64,000 bases of DNA from Savitreella phatthalungensis (lineage: Eukaryota): assembly GCA_051599415.1 (NCBI GenBank), contig AP039689.1, positions 1,054,001-1,118,000 on the forward strand, in the 5' to 3' direction. Below, piece by piece: positions 43,941-55,433 of the stretch. The translations under genes were made by a program, and so were the position numbers. Position 1 is the first letter of the stretch. Each line of letters opens with the position of its first letter. A model generated the notes under the pieces. It searched no databases, had not been told where the DNA came from, and saw nothing but the letters and a program-made list of their open reading frames with translations.

Positions 43941-44846
43941 TCAGTGAAACCATACGCTTGTCAGTATCAATGCGGCAAGTACGCACATGGCTTTTCCAGT
44001 CGTTGGCGTGGTGCTGAACATATCTTCTGCGGCAGCATGCCAGTGCTCGACGCCTATTTGGATCTTTGCCGCACGCCATGCCTGCGTCGAGTCACTCGGG
44101 ACTGGAAGGGAACCTCCGCTGAAGCCGAAAGGGTCCCAATTCATCTGGCGCAATACGAGAAGCGCGAGGCCTGCTGCGAACAGGAACATCGGATTGAAGT
44201 TCGATCCCTCAGCTCGCTCGGGTTGCCGTCGCTGAAGGGCTGGCTGCTGGCTGGACCATCCGCCAAACAGCGCGAAAGAACCATCTGTCCCGTGTGCGCC
44301 ACGCCGCGATGCTGCTGCGACACTCGAAAAGGCGGACCGCCAGGAGCTGGATGAGCGGTCGGGCTCCCGTGACTTCTTGTCGTCAGGTCCGGGCATACGC
44401 CGTGCTTGAGGTCGCGCCGGGGTTTCGACCGGGAGAGAGGGTGGATGGATGCTCGACAAGAGAAGTTGATCCATCAAAGTGAGGGGCTTGCATTGCAAGG
44501 ATGTACTCGATGATCGCAATGCCTTACGTGCAGTCTGTTGCGATGGTGCACGGAACGAGCTGCAGCGACCATAAATTGGGATGACATTGTCGATCGCGCA
44601 ACCGCCTTTACACACAGGACATGTGGGCGAGAGCAAAAGCCATTGGTACAAGCAATGCCAACAAAAGAGGTGTCCACAGGTGCACAGAACTGCTTCAGTG
44701 GCGACTTCCATGCAAATATTACAGCTGAATTCTGAAAGGGCATCAGCCGAGCCTGAACTATCGTCGTCGACATGGTCGCGCACAAGAGAGACAGTAGCAG
44801 GACAGGTGGCAAGGGCCGTAGAGCGATCATTCAAAAGCTGCGCCAT
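43941..44846 (-). CDS. Membrane-anchored C3HC4 RING E3 ligase, RNF5/RNF185/RMA1-like
   Basis: [40 protein letters not shown] and hydrophobic C-terminal segments. Confidence 0.82.
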   Translation of the reverse strand: MAQLLNDRSTALATCPATVSLVRDHVDDDSSGSADALSEFSCNICMEVATEAVLCTCGHLFCWHCLYQWLLLSPTCPVCKGGCAIDNVIPIYGRCSSFRAPSQQTARKALRSSSTSLQCKPLTLMDQLLLSSIHPPSLPVETPARPQARRMPGPDDKKSREPDRSSSSWRSAFSSVAAASRRGAHGTDGSFALFGGWSSQQPALQRRQPERAEGSNFNPMFLFAAGLALLVLRQMNWDPFGFSGGSLPVPSDSTQAWRAAKIQIGVEHWHAAAEDMFSTTPTTGKAMCVLAALILTSVWFH

Positions 44847-46073
44847 AGCGCTCCAGTCAGCGCTCACGATAGCGACGTGCAAAGAATGCTCTGCGATGTT
44901 TCTCGTCCCTATTTCCGCAAATCAGACTATCATCTGTAAGTCATTAAGGGTCTCTGGCATATATGCCTCTGTAAACCATTCGAACGCGCCACAAGTTGTA
45001 CGTGGTGACCACATGATACATATTGTGCATCATTCCGTGAAACTTTGTCGCCGCGTGATTGGTAGACTAGGTCAAGGTCTGTGTCTTCTACCAAATGTCA
45101 GGACGGTTCAAATACTTGACAAGACAGAATAGGAATTTTTCTGGATTTCCTTGGCTGTTTTGACTAGAGATGCTGCTTGCCTAAGACTAATTGATAGGAA
45201 TAGTTTGAATTTGATTCAGCTTGCCCCACTCGCTTAATTTACAATTCCGTCAGGCATGCTGATTCATACCAGGGTCTGCAACCATTAAAGATCCTGAAAA
45301 AATTCGCTATGAAGCCGAACGCATAATTATCTATATGGATGTACGCTATACTGAATATTGCGAGTATGCAAAACGCGGAAGGCGATATGTCTAAATCGTA
45401 AGAAATTCGTCAATCAGATCAAGTATACTTCGGGTCGCTCGTATGCTCCGACACCCCGAGACCGACCACGGCAGACATAACTCCCGCCGACCGATAGACT
45501 TGACCTAATTCATAGCTGCTGGGCTCACAATGAGCAGTATTTGTCTCTCACCTCAAATGATCGTCAAAATCACAGGCCACAGATAACGCAAGAAATTGAT
45601 AGATGCCTTTAGCGAAAACAGTTGCATCCGTGACTTGAGATAGCTGGTCAGCTTCTAATAGAATATGGCAGCTCATACGTACTCTGATTTGGTTGAATCG
45701 TGGTGCTGAAAAGGCTCAAACCATTTACTCGCTTGGCAGATAGTCACACATGAAATACCGTCGAGATAGATAGATGTGATTGGTCAATAGGCCGATACAA
45801 ATGAAGATCTACTACACATACTCCTGCTCGCTTGGCCTGGGATACACTCAACCGATTGCTTACAATTCATCCGACGTGCCCGTCCCCACCCCATGTGTGA
45901 CTGACCGCGGTTTGACGCAACATTCGGGTTTGTTTTCAGTCGTAGCGGCAAACATCCGCCATCGACACATGTCGCACCAAAAGCTCACTCACTTCATCCG
46001 CACGGAAGTCCTTCGCACGATATCGTAGGACTAGTTCTGCACGTCCCGATCAGTTGATCCGTCGGTCACACTT

Positions 46074-49000
46074 ATGGATTCTGCCGACAGCGCGGCGGGC
46101 AGTCAAGACGACCCCCTGCTCAGCTCCGGCAATCATCTTAGACTCGGCAAGTTTCATCGATTCCTCATCGGTCCGCAATGGTTGCGTATCAGGCTCTCCT
46201 TCAGAACTGCTGCTGCGATCGCTACCTCTCTCGCAATCAACCAAAATCGGCATGTTGCAGAATTGCTGGGCAGTCTCGGGTATCTGTCGAACATTTTCGT
46301 TGTGCTTTACATGCCTGACAAGACGCGCATCGGCGCCATCGAGTTCAGTCTTACGGCAGGGCTCCTTGCAGGCCTGGCTGCTCCAATTTGCATGCTCATC
46401 TACCTCTGTGTACATGCTGTCCTTGATCCACGCAAACTGCAGAACTCTCTGGCCACGTATCAGCGCAGGCCGTCTCCTGCAGCATTCTATCAGGATAAAA
46501 CAGCCGCTGTTGCTGCCGTCTGGCTGTTCATCGTTTCCTACGTGGCCAATGTCGTCAAGACCGTCTTCGTGCAGCAAATGTTCGCCATTTTTGCAATTTT
46601 GATTTTCGTTGCAGTTATCTGCCTGGACGGATATCTCTCGCCAACATGGGCATTCTTCTACGGCCTGTTGAAGCAGCTCCTCTACGCAGTCTACATTGCG
46701 AACGCCATTTCTCTCGCTTTCAATCTCTTCATCTTTCCCTACAATGCCCGCGAGCCGTTCTTTGAAGCAACGGCCAAGTTCCTTTACGCTGCAGAAGCTT
46801 TGATTGCTCACAATGCACGACATCTGGCCCACACGCGCTCGAGGTTCGAACGTGTAACAAGCGATCTGGGGTCGGGAGACTACAAATCTGGGGAGGAAGA
46901 GAAGCAGAAAACCGAACTGCATTCCGACGAAAGCGCTTTCAGTAAACTGAAGCAGCTACGTGCTTCTTTCATCCTTGCTGCGAACCAGTTGAAACCGACA
47001 AAATCTCTCGCGAAGCGCGAGATTGCGATCGGACACCTTGCTGCTTCCGATCTCTCGGCTATGAACAAATTTTCGATGGACTTGATCACTGGTGTTCTCG
47101 GATGCAACCTCTGGTCACAGATCTCGGAGCTCCTGCATGGTCAACAATTGGCCTCACAGAGTAGTGACGAATACATCCGAGTCGACAACTTACTGAATGC
47201 TCTCGGAGGACCGAAGCCGGATAACGAGGAGCGCAAGCGCTTCCTGCAACATTTAGACACTCACTTAGGCCCACGTATCTTGGCGCTCGGTGATGCATGC
47301 TGTGAGGCGCTCGAACATATCCAGAAGGGATTGCATCTCGGCCCATTCAGGCGGCCTCCTTTATGGGCTCGCGCGCTCTCGCGCGACGTGACTCGCTGGG
47401 ATGAAACCGATGCAGAGTTCAGTAACAACTTCGAGCTTCGAATTCAGCGATTCTGGGGCGACAGGACTAGCAGGCATCATGAAGGAGAAGAGAGCAGACT
47501 ATTCTTACTACCGCTGTACATGGAGGCATCGATGCACGGAGTCGCCGAAAAACTTCTCGCTTATTGCCGCTGGGTTGATGAGAGGCAGGCTGATGGAACG
47601 ATGCGGCATCGCAAGATCATTATTCCTCAGTTTAAACTCTTTCGAAAAGCTCTCGGTAAGGCTGTTAAGCCACTCATCACTGTCGCGGCAGCCAAACATG
47701 GGCATATGCGCGATCCTGCGAAGGCCAACCCTCTCGGTCTGGACGGTGGCGCGGGTGGTGATGTCGTCAATTCAAGCTTCGGTCGAACTGATCGACCTGA
47801 ATTCGTGGCAGCCTTGCTGAAACCAGGCCGGCCACCGCTGGACCCGCACACATCGTTGATCGGCAGGTGCCTCGTATGGACTCATACTGTGAAGCGCTTC
47901 TTCGAGAGCCCTCTTTCTGGCTTTGGCTTGCGCGGGGCCGTTGCAATGCTGTCAGTGAGTCTACCAGCTTACTTCGCGAGCAGTGTCTATACCTTCACAG
48001 AATATCGCTTCTTGTGGATCTCGCTCACGGTCTTCCTAGGCTTGCAGCCGGTGGTCGGACGAGCGATCTTCGCCTCAGTTCTGCGTGTGGTCGGCACTAT
48101 TGCTGGCGGAATTCTCGGTCTAGTCGTCTTCGAGATCGGACGCGTGTCCGCTGGCATTATCCCCGTCTTTTTCGTCGTCGTTTGGGCGCTTCATTATATC
48201 ATGCTGGGCAATCGGCAGCTCTTCCTGATCCCTATGCTTCTCACCTACATCACCATGATCCTGATCATCGGCTATGAACTGCTCGATCGTGTGCTGGGTC
48301 GCGAGGCTATTGAACGCTCCGGGCAGAAATTCTTGTCCGCACCAAAACTGATGGGTTGGCGCATTCTGCTCACGCTAGCGGGAGTCGTCGTGGCCATTAT
48401 TTTCAGCGTCTTTCCATCGCTCCCAACCTCTCGAGATGGACTGCGTGAGATGTGCTCGAACTGGCTGCGCAGTCTGCTCGACACTCATGCGTTGTCCTCC
48501 GTTCGACTCAACGAGATAGCGGAGCACAGAGACGCTGGAGTCGTTAACTTGAGGACTCTTGCAACTGGTGCAACTTGGAGACGGACAAGTTCGCACACGA
48601 CGAGCGAACACGAGACAGTTGCTGAAGAGCAAGGTGGTGCACGTGCTGCCGCTGTGGATCGTCATGCAGAGCTCGATAAGGCTATTCGTCAAGTCCTGTC
48701 ACAGTCGATTGCGATCAATGCCCAGGTGCAAATGATGTTGCCCATGACTTCATTCGAACTCTCTGTGGCAGGCAAGTTCCCTCGTGCTAAATGGGATGGA
48801 TTGGTCGCCTGTTTGTCGAATCTGTCGATTGCTTCTGCTGTATCAGCAGCGCTGCTTCGCAGAATCGCACTGGAAGACGATCCCACGAGGCTTTCGACTT
48901 CGACATCCTCCGAACTAGTCGATCCTGCTGTACAGCGTCTGCGCGAGAGAAAACGTGGGCGTCGCTCAGCTCTCTTGGCCAGCACACCTCGACTTGAAGC

Positions 49001-49427
49001 CGGCAGCAACTATTTCCGCACAGTGAATGTTGTCATGTACTGTCTGTCCCATGCGATACAACAATACCAGGTGCTTCCGCCAGGCTTGCCTTCACCGATG
49101 AAGGCCCACATCGAAGCGCAAGCGGCACTGGTCAACGCGGTGCGCGATTTCCGAATTCAGTACGGGAGTGATCTGCTGCACGAGCGACAGCTTGTAGAAG
49201 TGGCAACGCCACTTCGTCGAGAAACGACGGGAGAGCTCTTAAAAGCCGGTCAAGAATCGCCGTCGGATGACGTGACGACCTATTTCGGGGCATGGATGCT
49301 TGTCTCCGCAGTCTTTGCCGAGTATCTCGAGCAGACTGTCGAGGCCGTGGTCGACCTGACCGGTCGCAGCGGGTTTCATGACTACTTTCAGGAACGAACG
49401 CGAGCGAGGCAGACAAAGGCTGAATAG
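46074..49427 (+). CDS. Aromatic acid exporter / FUSC-like membrane protein (ArAE_2_N-type)
   Basis: Two multi-TM blocks separated by a helical region. Motifs AKREIAIGHL, LRVVGTIAGG, TMILIIGYEL and SFELSVAGKFP. Confidence 0.75.
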   Translation: MDSADSAAGSQDDPLLSSGNHLRLGKFHRFLIGPQWLRIRLSFRTAAAIATSLAINQNRHVAELLGSLGYLSNIFVVLYMPDKTRIGAIEFSLTAGLLAGLAAPICMLIYLCVHAVLDPRKLQNSLATYQRRPSPAAFYQDKTAAVAAVWLFIVSYVANVVKTVFVQQMFAIFAILIFVAVICLDGYLSPTWAFFYGLLKQLLYAVYIANAISLAFNLFIFPYNAREPFFEATAKFLYAAEALIAHNARHLAHTRSRFERVTSDLGSGDYKSGEEEKQKTELHSDESAFSKLKQLRASFILAANQLKPTKSLAKREIAIGHLAASDLSAMNKFSMDLITGVLGCNLWSQISELLHGQQLASQSSDEYIRVDNLLNALGGPKPDNEERKRFLQHLDTHLGPRILALGDACCEALEHIQKGLHLGPFRRPPLWARALSRDVTRWDETDAEFSNNFELRIQRFWGDRTSRHHEGEESRLFLLPLYMEASMHGVAEKLLAYCRWVDERQADGTMRHRKIIIPQFKLFRKALGKAVKPLITVAAAKHGHMRDPAKANPLGLDGGAGGDVVNSSFGRTDRPEFVAALLKPGRPPLDPHTSLIGRCLVWTHTVKRFFESPLSGFGLRGAVAMLSVSLPAYFASSVYTFTEYRFLWISLTVFLGLQPVVGRAIFASVLRVVGTIAGGILGLVVFEIGRVSAGIIPVFFVVVWALHYIMLGNRQLFLIPMLLTYITMILIIGYELLDRVLGREAIERSGQKFLSAPKLMGWRILLTLAGVVVAIIFSVFPSLPTSRDGLREMCSNWLRSLLDTHALSSVRLNEIAEHRDAGVVNLRTLATGATWRRTSSHTTSEHETVAEEQGGARAAAVDRHAELDKAIRQVLSQSIAINAQVQMMLPMTSFELSVAGKFPRAKWDGLVACLSNLSIASAVSAALLRRIALEDDPTRLSTSTSSELVDPAVQRLRERKRGRRSALLASTPRLEAGSNYFRTVNVVMYCLSHAIQQYQVLPPGLPSPMKAHIEAQAALVNAVRDFRIQYGSDLLHERQLVEVATPLRRETTGELLKAGQESPSDDVTTYFGAWMLVSAVFAEYLEQTVEAVVDLTGRSGFHDYFQERTRARQTKAE

Positions 49428-49470
49428 AATGAGGAGAGCGAATAATCATTAGGCTGTATAAATCAGTTCA

Positions 49471-49947
49471 TTACAGGTCATTCTTAGCATCATGCTTCAC
49501 TGCGAAGGTTTGGAGGTCTTTTAGATCGATCTTGCGCAAAGCGGTATCCTCGGTCGCCTCGAGGTCTACTTGTGGAACGCCGCGGCGGTCGATGCGACCA
49601 TCTTGGTGGGCGGTGAAGGCTTCCAGCCATCTGCTCGCACACAAGCACCACTTGCAGCCCCCTTTGAGGCCGATCGTGCGTAAATCATTGCCCTGTGATG
49701 CGCTGAATTCCAGGAACTCATCTGTCACTATGCCTGCCACAGAGTGAGACCCAAAGTCCCCTGCATCGGTTCTGCAATAGCCGTCTCGAAAGTATCCTGT
49801 CTTAATGGGAGAGCCGCCATGATAGGCAAGGGGCTTGCCGAAGACATTCCTAGCACTTGATGTCATAGCAGACGCGCTTGCTATCAGCCAGATCAGCAAA
49901 TTACAGAATCCAGAAAAGACTAACATCTTGTTCTTCACAACTGCCAT
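49471..49947 (-). CDS. DUF2237 family protein with putative signal peptide
   Basis: NVFGKPL..TGYFRDGYC..EFLEFSASQGNDL..WCLCASRWLEA..LEAT. Candidate starts at 49947, 49926 or 49866. Confidence 0.85.
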   Translation of the reverse strand: MAVVKNKMLVFSGFCNLLIWLIASASAMTSSARNVFGKPLAYHGGSPIKTGYFRDGYCRTDAGDFGSHSVAGIVTDEFLEFSASQGNDLRTIGLKGGCKWCLCASRWLEAFTAHQDGRIDRRGVPQVDLEATEDTALRKIDLKDLQTFAVKHDAKNDL

Positions 49948-50552
49948 CCTTATTGACGAGCTCTGAGTGATTGTGTGGCTGACTGCTGGGTTCGAGCAAG
50001 CTGCGATGCGGAGTGCTACAATGTTGTCCGTGAATATGGTCGTATTCACATATGTTCGAAATGTACACATTCATGACGTACACTATAGCTAGATTGATCA
50101 TGCCAATCAATCGACCGGAACTTGTGTCCAGTCAAAGGTAGGCTAGGAATAAATTGATCTGTTAAACTTATATCGACAGGTGCTCATGGATTCTGATGTC
50201 CGTATATTATATCGCATGTTATCTGAATTCGATTTAATTCAATCACAGGATTTGTAATTCGCCTGGTTACGTATACGTAGGTATGTACGTACAGTACGTG
50301 CCTACTGCCTCGAGAAGTGTAGAATTACGTATATAGCTGGCTCTGGGCATACTGCATGTGCACAATGTGGGGTACACACACTTCGCAGCCTCGAATCCTC
50401 GAGCATTGACATCCGGGGAATCATCCAAGGTAGCAACAGTTATAAGAAGAGGGCAGTCTCTCTTGCGCACGAACGGGTCGTAGCCCTGTCAGGCTATTCT
50501 GCCCTCCTGCCAAGCGAGAGTCCGGTTTTCGAGGGGGAGAGCACTCTCTACA

Positions 50553-52313
50553 ATGTCGAAAGGCAAAGCAGACCTTGATCGGAGGTCGACGATAGCCGAT
50601 CAGGAGTGTGTCGAAACCCAGGCAGCTCAAAGATCTGCAAGGACTATACCAGACGAGCGAACATCCCTTGTCGAGCCGGAGCAGCGGTCTGATGCGCTCG
50701 AGCCGCATGAGAGCCGTGATGACTTTGCGCATTTGCCAGCTTGGAAGCGGCCGTCTCTCTTATGGTTATTGCCGCCTTTCTTCTGCACGGCTACAATTAC
50801 AGGCGCTACCATCACACCTAGACTATCTCTAATCAGTGACCTCCTCTGCCTCAGCTATTACACGACAACTCAAGAAGTGGGATCCAGCGCATTGAGCACA
50901 ACAGCAAACCTGTTTGCCGGTCTAGATGGCGACGGCGATTGCAATATTGCTGAGATATCTGCACAGATATCGCGTGTGAGTGCAGGTCTGAATGTCGCGA
51001 CAGGTCTTCTTTCTGCGATTATGGCGGCCAAGTATGGCTCGTGGTCAGACCGAAGCGGTCGCCGATGGCCACTGCTTGTGGCCCTTTGCGGTTCTTTCTT
51101 GAATGATCTTGTCTTCATACTCGTTGGACGCTATCATCAGAGGCTTACAGTGTATTTCCTCTTTGTCGGGGCAATCTGCGATGGTCTATCTGGCTCGTTT
51201 ACCTCATCCATGGCTGCATCCTATGCATATGCTACGGACATCATTGAACCATCTCAGCGAGCTATCGCTTTTGGCTACTTTTCCTGTTGTTTCTTTGGCG
51301 GAGTTGCAATCGGTCCGACGCTCGGTGCATATGTTACGCGATGGCAAGGCAGCGTCATGCCAATCTTCTGGGCCGCAGCCTTCGTTCACAGCCTCTTCAT
51401 CCTCTACATCATATGTCTCTTGCCAGAATCGCTTTCGACACGAAGGCAGCGTGAAAACGTGCTCAAGCACGAGCAGGAAGCCGACGCCGAGGCTGCTGAC
51501 TTGCAGCAGCAGAGTCGCCTCGCTAGAATTAGGGGCGCCTTGAATGTCTTTCGATCGCTGCGAATCTTGCGTCCGAAGGATGTGCCGAAGGCGATTCGCG
51601 ACAATCTGCTGCTTCTTGTCATTATCGATGTCGCACTACTACTGAATATGGGCACATTCACCACAATTCTACTGTACTGCAAGTATATCTTCCGCTTTGG
51701 TGACCTCGAGCAGGGTTATCTCCTCACAATCATCGGAAGTGTCCGAGTGCTTGCTTTATTGGTTGCGCTCCCGCTGATTATCAAATTTTTCAGGGGGTCT
51801 CCAGATTCGAAGGAAGCACTTGCCAGCTGTGCTGCTGATGAGCCTTTGCTCGAAGGCGCGAGTCCGGCACCAGTGCAAACGGGGCTGCACCACACATCTC
51901 TAGCTCCGAAGGGCGCCGATCGTCTGGATGTCTCACTCATCCGTCTGTCGCTGGCTTTCGAAGTGCTCGCTTTTGGCTTCATGGCGAATGCTGCCTCTTC
52001 CGGCCAATTCTACATTGCCGCCGCTATGACAGCAGCGGCTGGTATGGGAACGCCAACACTGGCGTCTGCGCTCACAAAACATGTTCCGGCCAGTCGAACC
52101 GGGAGATTGATGGGCGCGATGGCTCTCATTCAGGCTTGCTGTCGATTTGCTGCACCTTTGGCGCTCGGTCTGCTCTATGCAGAGACTGTGGCTTCCTATC
52201 CTGCCGCTACTTTTGTCGTCGTCACTGGAGTCATGTGCTTCGCGTTCGTCCTAAGTCTTTTTGTGCGGGTCACGAGTAACCTCCCTGGCGAGCCAGAAAT
52301 GTATCACGCATAG
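50553..52313 (+). CDS. MFS transporter (tetracycline-efflux/SLC46-like, YJL163C-like)
   Basis: WKRPSLLWLLP, GSWSDRSGRR motif A, AYATD, LLPESL and about 12 TM segments. Confidence 0.85.
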   Translation: MSKGKADLDRRSTIADQECVETQAAQRSARTIPDERTSLVEPEQRSDALEPHESRDDFAHLPAWKRPSLLWLLPPFFCTATITGATITPRLSLISDLLCLSYYTTTQEVGSSALSTTANLFAGLDGDGDCNIAEISAQISRVSAGLNVATGLLSAIMAAKYGSWSDRSGRRWPLLVALCGSFLNDLVFILVGRYHQRLTVYFLFVGAICDGLSGSFTSSMAASYAYATDIIEPSQRAIAFGYFSCCFFGGVAIGPTLGAYVTRWQGSVMPIFWAAAFVHSLFILYIICLLPESLSTRRQRENVLKHEQEADAEAADLQQQSRLARIRGALNVFRSLRILRPKDVPKAIRDNLLLLVIIDVALLLNMGTFTTILLYCKYIFRFGDLEQGYLLTIIGSVRVLALLVALPLIIKFFRGSPDSKEALASCAADEPLLEGASPAPVQTGLHHTSLAPKGADRLDVSLIRLSLAFEVLAFGFMANAASSGQFYIAAAMTAAAGMGTPTLASALTKHVPASRTGRLMGAMALIQACCRFAAPLALGLLYAETVASYPAATFVVVTGVMCFAFVLSLFVRVTSNLPGEPEMYHA

Positions 52314-52706
52314 ACCTGATGTACACTTCCTGGAATAGCGTACATCTAAAGTTCAGACATTGTAGATTCTCATTTGTGTCACCAGATATGAACTGTGAAG
52401 TGCCTATCCACGATATCAGCAGATCTCTGTGTTCGCGGCATTTTCTCCGTGAGTGAGGCAGTGACGGATTCGACTCCTGCACAAAACGGCCACCCGGACA
52501 AGGGACAATCGGGATTGATCCGTCCTATGTGCGAGCTGTATGGCTGACTCGATTATGATCAAGGAATTGATCAGTACGCAAAATTCGATCACATTTGTCG
52601 AAACCAGCTTACATTGATTCGGCCTCTTCATTTAACTGCGTCATCAACCCGTCCGACGCATCTTACTCAACTTCTGACAAGGAAACAAGGATCGTTAGAG
52701 AACGCA

Positions 52707-53264
52707 ATGCAGCTGTTTTCTAGCTTGGTCTATGTCGCGCTCGCATTTGCTATGCCGCGCGCGAAGCCCGGGACGACTGGAACCCAGCTTGGAGCGAATG
52801 CACCGTCTTTAACTTTCCAGGAGTCTGACCAGGTCGCCAGCATGGGTCACATATTCGGCGAAATACCTGGAGATTCGCCTATTTCCACTTGCGACGACGA
52901 TGACACAGACTCAGATCTTCTCACGATCCAGTCGCTTGTCATTGACCCCAACCCGCCAGCCAGAGCACAAAACCTCACTATCACCGCCGAGGGAGAGCTC
53001 AAAGAGGACATTGCGAAAGGCGCCTTTGTGCAGGTGGATGTCAAATATGGCTTAATCAGGCTGCTGCGTACAACGCTCGACTTGTGCGAACAGACCGAAA
53101 AGGTTGACCTCGCTTGCCCGATTGCAAAAGGGCCGCGCAAAATAACTAAAACTGTGCAGCTGCCGGCTCAGATTCCTCCAGGCAGATATACGGTCAACGC
53201 TGTTGCCCTTACCGAGGACGAGCGTCGCATCACTTGCTTGACTGCCAGAGTTCAATTCCATTAG
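52707..53264 (+). CDS. NPC2: PG/PI transfer protein, ML domain (Npc2)
   Basis: Signal peptide, IPGDSPISTC, PNPP, VKYGLIRL..DLCE..CPI and LPAQIPPGRYTV. Confidence 0.92.
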   Translation: MQLFSSLVYVALAFAMPRAKPGTTGTQLGANAPSLTFQESDQVASMGHIFGEIPGDSPISTCDDDDTDSDLLTIQSLVIDPNPPARAQNLTITAEGELKEDIAKGAFVQVDVKYGLIRLLRTTLDLCEQTEKVDLACPIAKGPRKITKTVQLPAQIPPGRYTVNAVALTEDERRITCLTARVQFH

Positions 53265-53294
53265 CACGAGCTTGTATTACTCCGTATTTTACTA

Positions 53295-55433
53295 TCAAAC
53301 ATTAGGCGCCAGGAAATCATGTGATACCATTGAGTCGATTTCTTTGCTCGACGTCGAAGCAAAGAACATCTCGCGCAACTCGAGACCGATCCACACTTTC
53401 AGCCACGTTGTCTTACTTCCAAGATTGTCTCCCGTTGCAGTGCCCAGCAGCCCGCCCTTTCCAGGATCCGCCAAGTTGGCGCTCTGTTTGCCAGCCTGCC
53501 GGAGGAAGGGAATAGCCGCTCTGAAAAGGTCGAGCTCAGGGTTCAGTTGTCTACCAATTCCTTCCAGAAGGAGAATTGAGAGAACGACATTAATAAAATC
53601 TCCCTCCATACGGACATGGTGGTCTCGAACCATCGAGAGAACGCGCTGCAGCACATCACCTATCTTAATCTTCCCGAGCGAGAAAGTCTGTGATTTGACG
53701 TTGAGGACAAGGTGCTGCATCTTGAGAGCAAAAATGTCACCGTTCAGGACGGCAGACGGCGTTCTACACCGCTCGCACATAAGTTGCCCGGCGCGGTGGC
53801 CGTCAAACTGTGCCACCGCTGTGAATAGGTCGAGAAAATTGCGCCGATTGATGTCATTCAATTCGGTCACAAGACCGGTGTCAATGAAGATGAGCTGCGG
53901 TCGGTAACCTTCCTCGTGTAGCTTTTCAAGTTCCGCACGCCATTCAACGGCCTGGCGGCGTAATGGTTTCATGCGTGCCACAACTTCATCGGTTGCCGCA
54001 TCATCATGGATCTGAAAGTCGTGTCGCGCGTTTGGGTGTGTCCAACCATAGAAAATTTCTTGCATCTGTTTAAGAAACGGCTTGTCTTGAGCCTTGAAGA
54101 ACCGTACCATGATATTGCCGGGATGTAGGTCGGCATGCACGAAATTGTCGAGCAAGAGCATGTGTAGGAAAGCATCGAGTCCAGTATCCGCAAGGTCATT
54201 ATTGTAGACACCTGAGCCAACTTCAAGGAAATGTGAGAGCGGTAGTCCGTGAGCGTACTCCTCGATGAGCACGGATCTCGTGGTGTATTCGTGATATGGG
54301 AAAGGGAACGTCACTTGCGAACGTTCACGAAAGTTCTCGCGAAACTGGGAGAGGTTATTCGCCTCGATTCGGAGATCGAGCTGCAAGCGCATCATCTCGC
54401 TGAATTGTGCCACTTCGTCCGGGAATGAGAACCACTCTAGTGTTGGGATGGAGTTGAGAGCTTGAGCGAAGAACTTCATGATACGCAAATCCCGATGAAC
54501 AGTTTTTTCGACCCGGGGATGGAGGACTTTGATCGCCACGGAGTTCGAGGGTCGGGATTCGGGCAATGTCTGCACAACGAGCGGAGTCAGCGCACGCTTC
54601 TTCTTGCTGCCGGCACTAGCTGCGTGATCAGGTAGAAGATCTTTCTTGAGCTTTGCTTTGTACACTTGTGCGATAGCTCCAACGCCAAGAGGTTTGTCGT
54701 CAAACTCCTCGAAGATTTCGTCAAATTTTCGACCGCCGAAAGCTTTTCGAATGATCCGCTTCGTCTGCCACAGCGGATGCGCAGACACGTTGGAATGTAG
54801 CTTTGACATCAGATCACACATGGCATCTGGGAAGATGTCCGTCCGAGATGCTGCCCATTGTCCTAACTTGATGAACGTAGGTCCCGCTAACTCCATCTGA
54901 TGAACAAGAAAGCGATACCAGAACAGAGCCCCTGCCGTGTCTCCCGTGCCTTTGACTCTTGTTCCAAGGAACACCATCGGTATCGCCACAAGCACTGGCA
55001 CAAAAATGATCAAAAGGTGAATAAAGCGAATGGTCGTTGCAAGAGGCTCGAAAACCCAGAGCCTCAAAGGTATCCATACGCGTCTCATGGCGCGGTAAAA
55101 GATACCGCGCTCCAGATCTACGCCATTATGGATTTCCTCCCATTCCCTTTCGCTCTCTTCGAGCAAGCGTTCTTCGTTCGTTAAAGCCTTGAGCCCTGCA
55201 GCATCTAGCTGTATCCGGGAAGAACGGAAAAAGATTGTACTAAGCCCAAGGCCGCTAATGCTGCATAGTACCAGGAGTTTGCAGTATCGGTTTGAGACCC
55301 TGGGCTGCTCCCACACGCGCGAGTGAGTTTGCCTGGCGAGCGTTCGTTTCAACAGCTCATTACGACCAGCAAAACGGGAAAGGGTCGTCCTCTGGCCACG
55401 GGATATTTGTAGTATCCCGGTTCTGGCCAGCAT
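53295..55433 (-). CDS. Mitochondrial ABC1/UbiB atypical kinase (Cqd1/YPL109C/ADCK2-like)
   Basis: Arg-rich presequence, AGPTFIKLGQWAASRTDIF, GVGAIAQVY, VAIKVLHP, HADLHPGN and FIDTGL. Confidence 0.92.
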   Translation of the reverse strand: MLARTGILQISRGQRTTLSRFAGRNELLKRTLARQTHSRVWEQPRVSNRYCKLLVLCSISGLGLSTIFFRSSRIQLDAAGLKALTNEERLLEESEREWEEIHNGVDLERGIFYRAMRRVWIPLRLWVFEPLATTIRFIHLLIIFVPVLVAIPMVFLGTRVKGTGDTAGALFWYRFLVHQMELAGPTFIKLGQWAASRTDIFPDAMCDLMSKLHSNVSAHPLWQTKRIIRKAFGGRKFDEIFEEFDDKPLGVGAIAQVYKAKLKKDLLPDHAASAGSKKKRALTPLVVQTLPESRPSNSVAIKVLHPRVEKTVHRDLRIMKFFAQALNSIPTLEWFSFPDEVAQFSEMMRLQLDLRIEANNLSQFRENFRERSQVTFPFPYHEYTTRSVLIEEYAHGLPLSHFLEVGSGVYNNDLADTGLDAFLHMLLLDNFVHADLHPGNIMVRFFKAQDKPFLKQMQEIFYGWTHPNARHDFQIHDDAATDEVVARMKPLRRQAVEWRAELEKLHEEGYRPQLIFIDTGLVTELNDINRRNFLDLFTAVAQFDGHRAGQLMCERCRTPSAVLNGDIFALKMQHLVLNVKSQTFSLGKIKIGDVLQRVLSMVRDHHVRMEGDFINVVLSILLLEGIGRQLNPELDLFRAAIPFLRQAGKQSANLADPGKGGLLGTATGDNLGSKTTWLKVWIGLELREMFFASTSSKEIDSMVSHDFLAPNV

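Noticed and set aside
46050..46922. 290-aa antisense ORF
   Set aside because: Lies almost entirely opposite the FUSC-like gene, has no motifs, and is typical of shadow ORFs.
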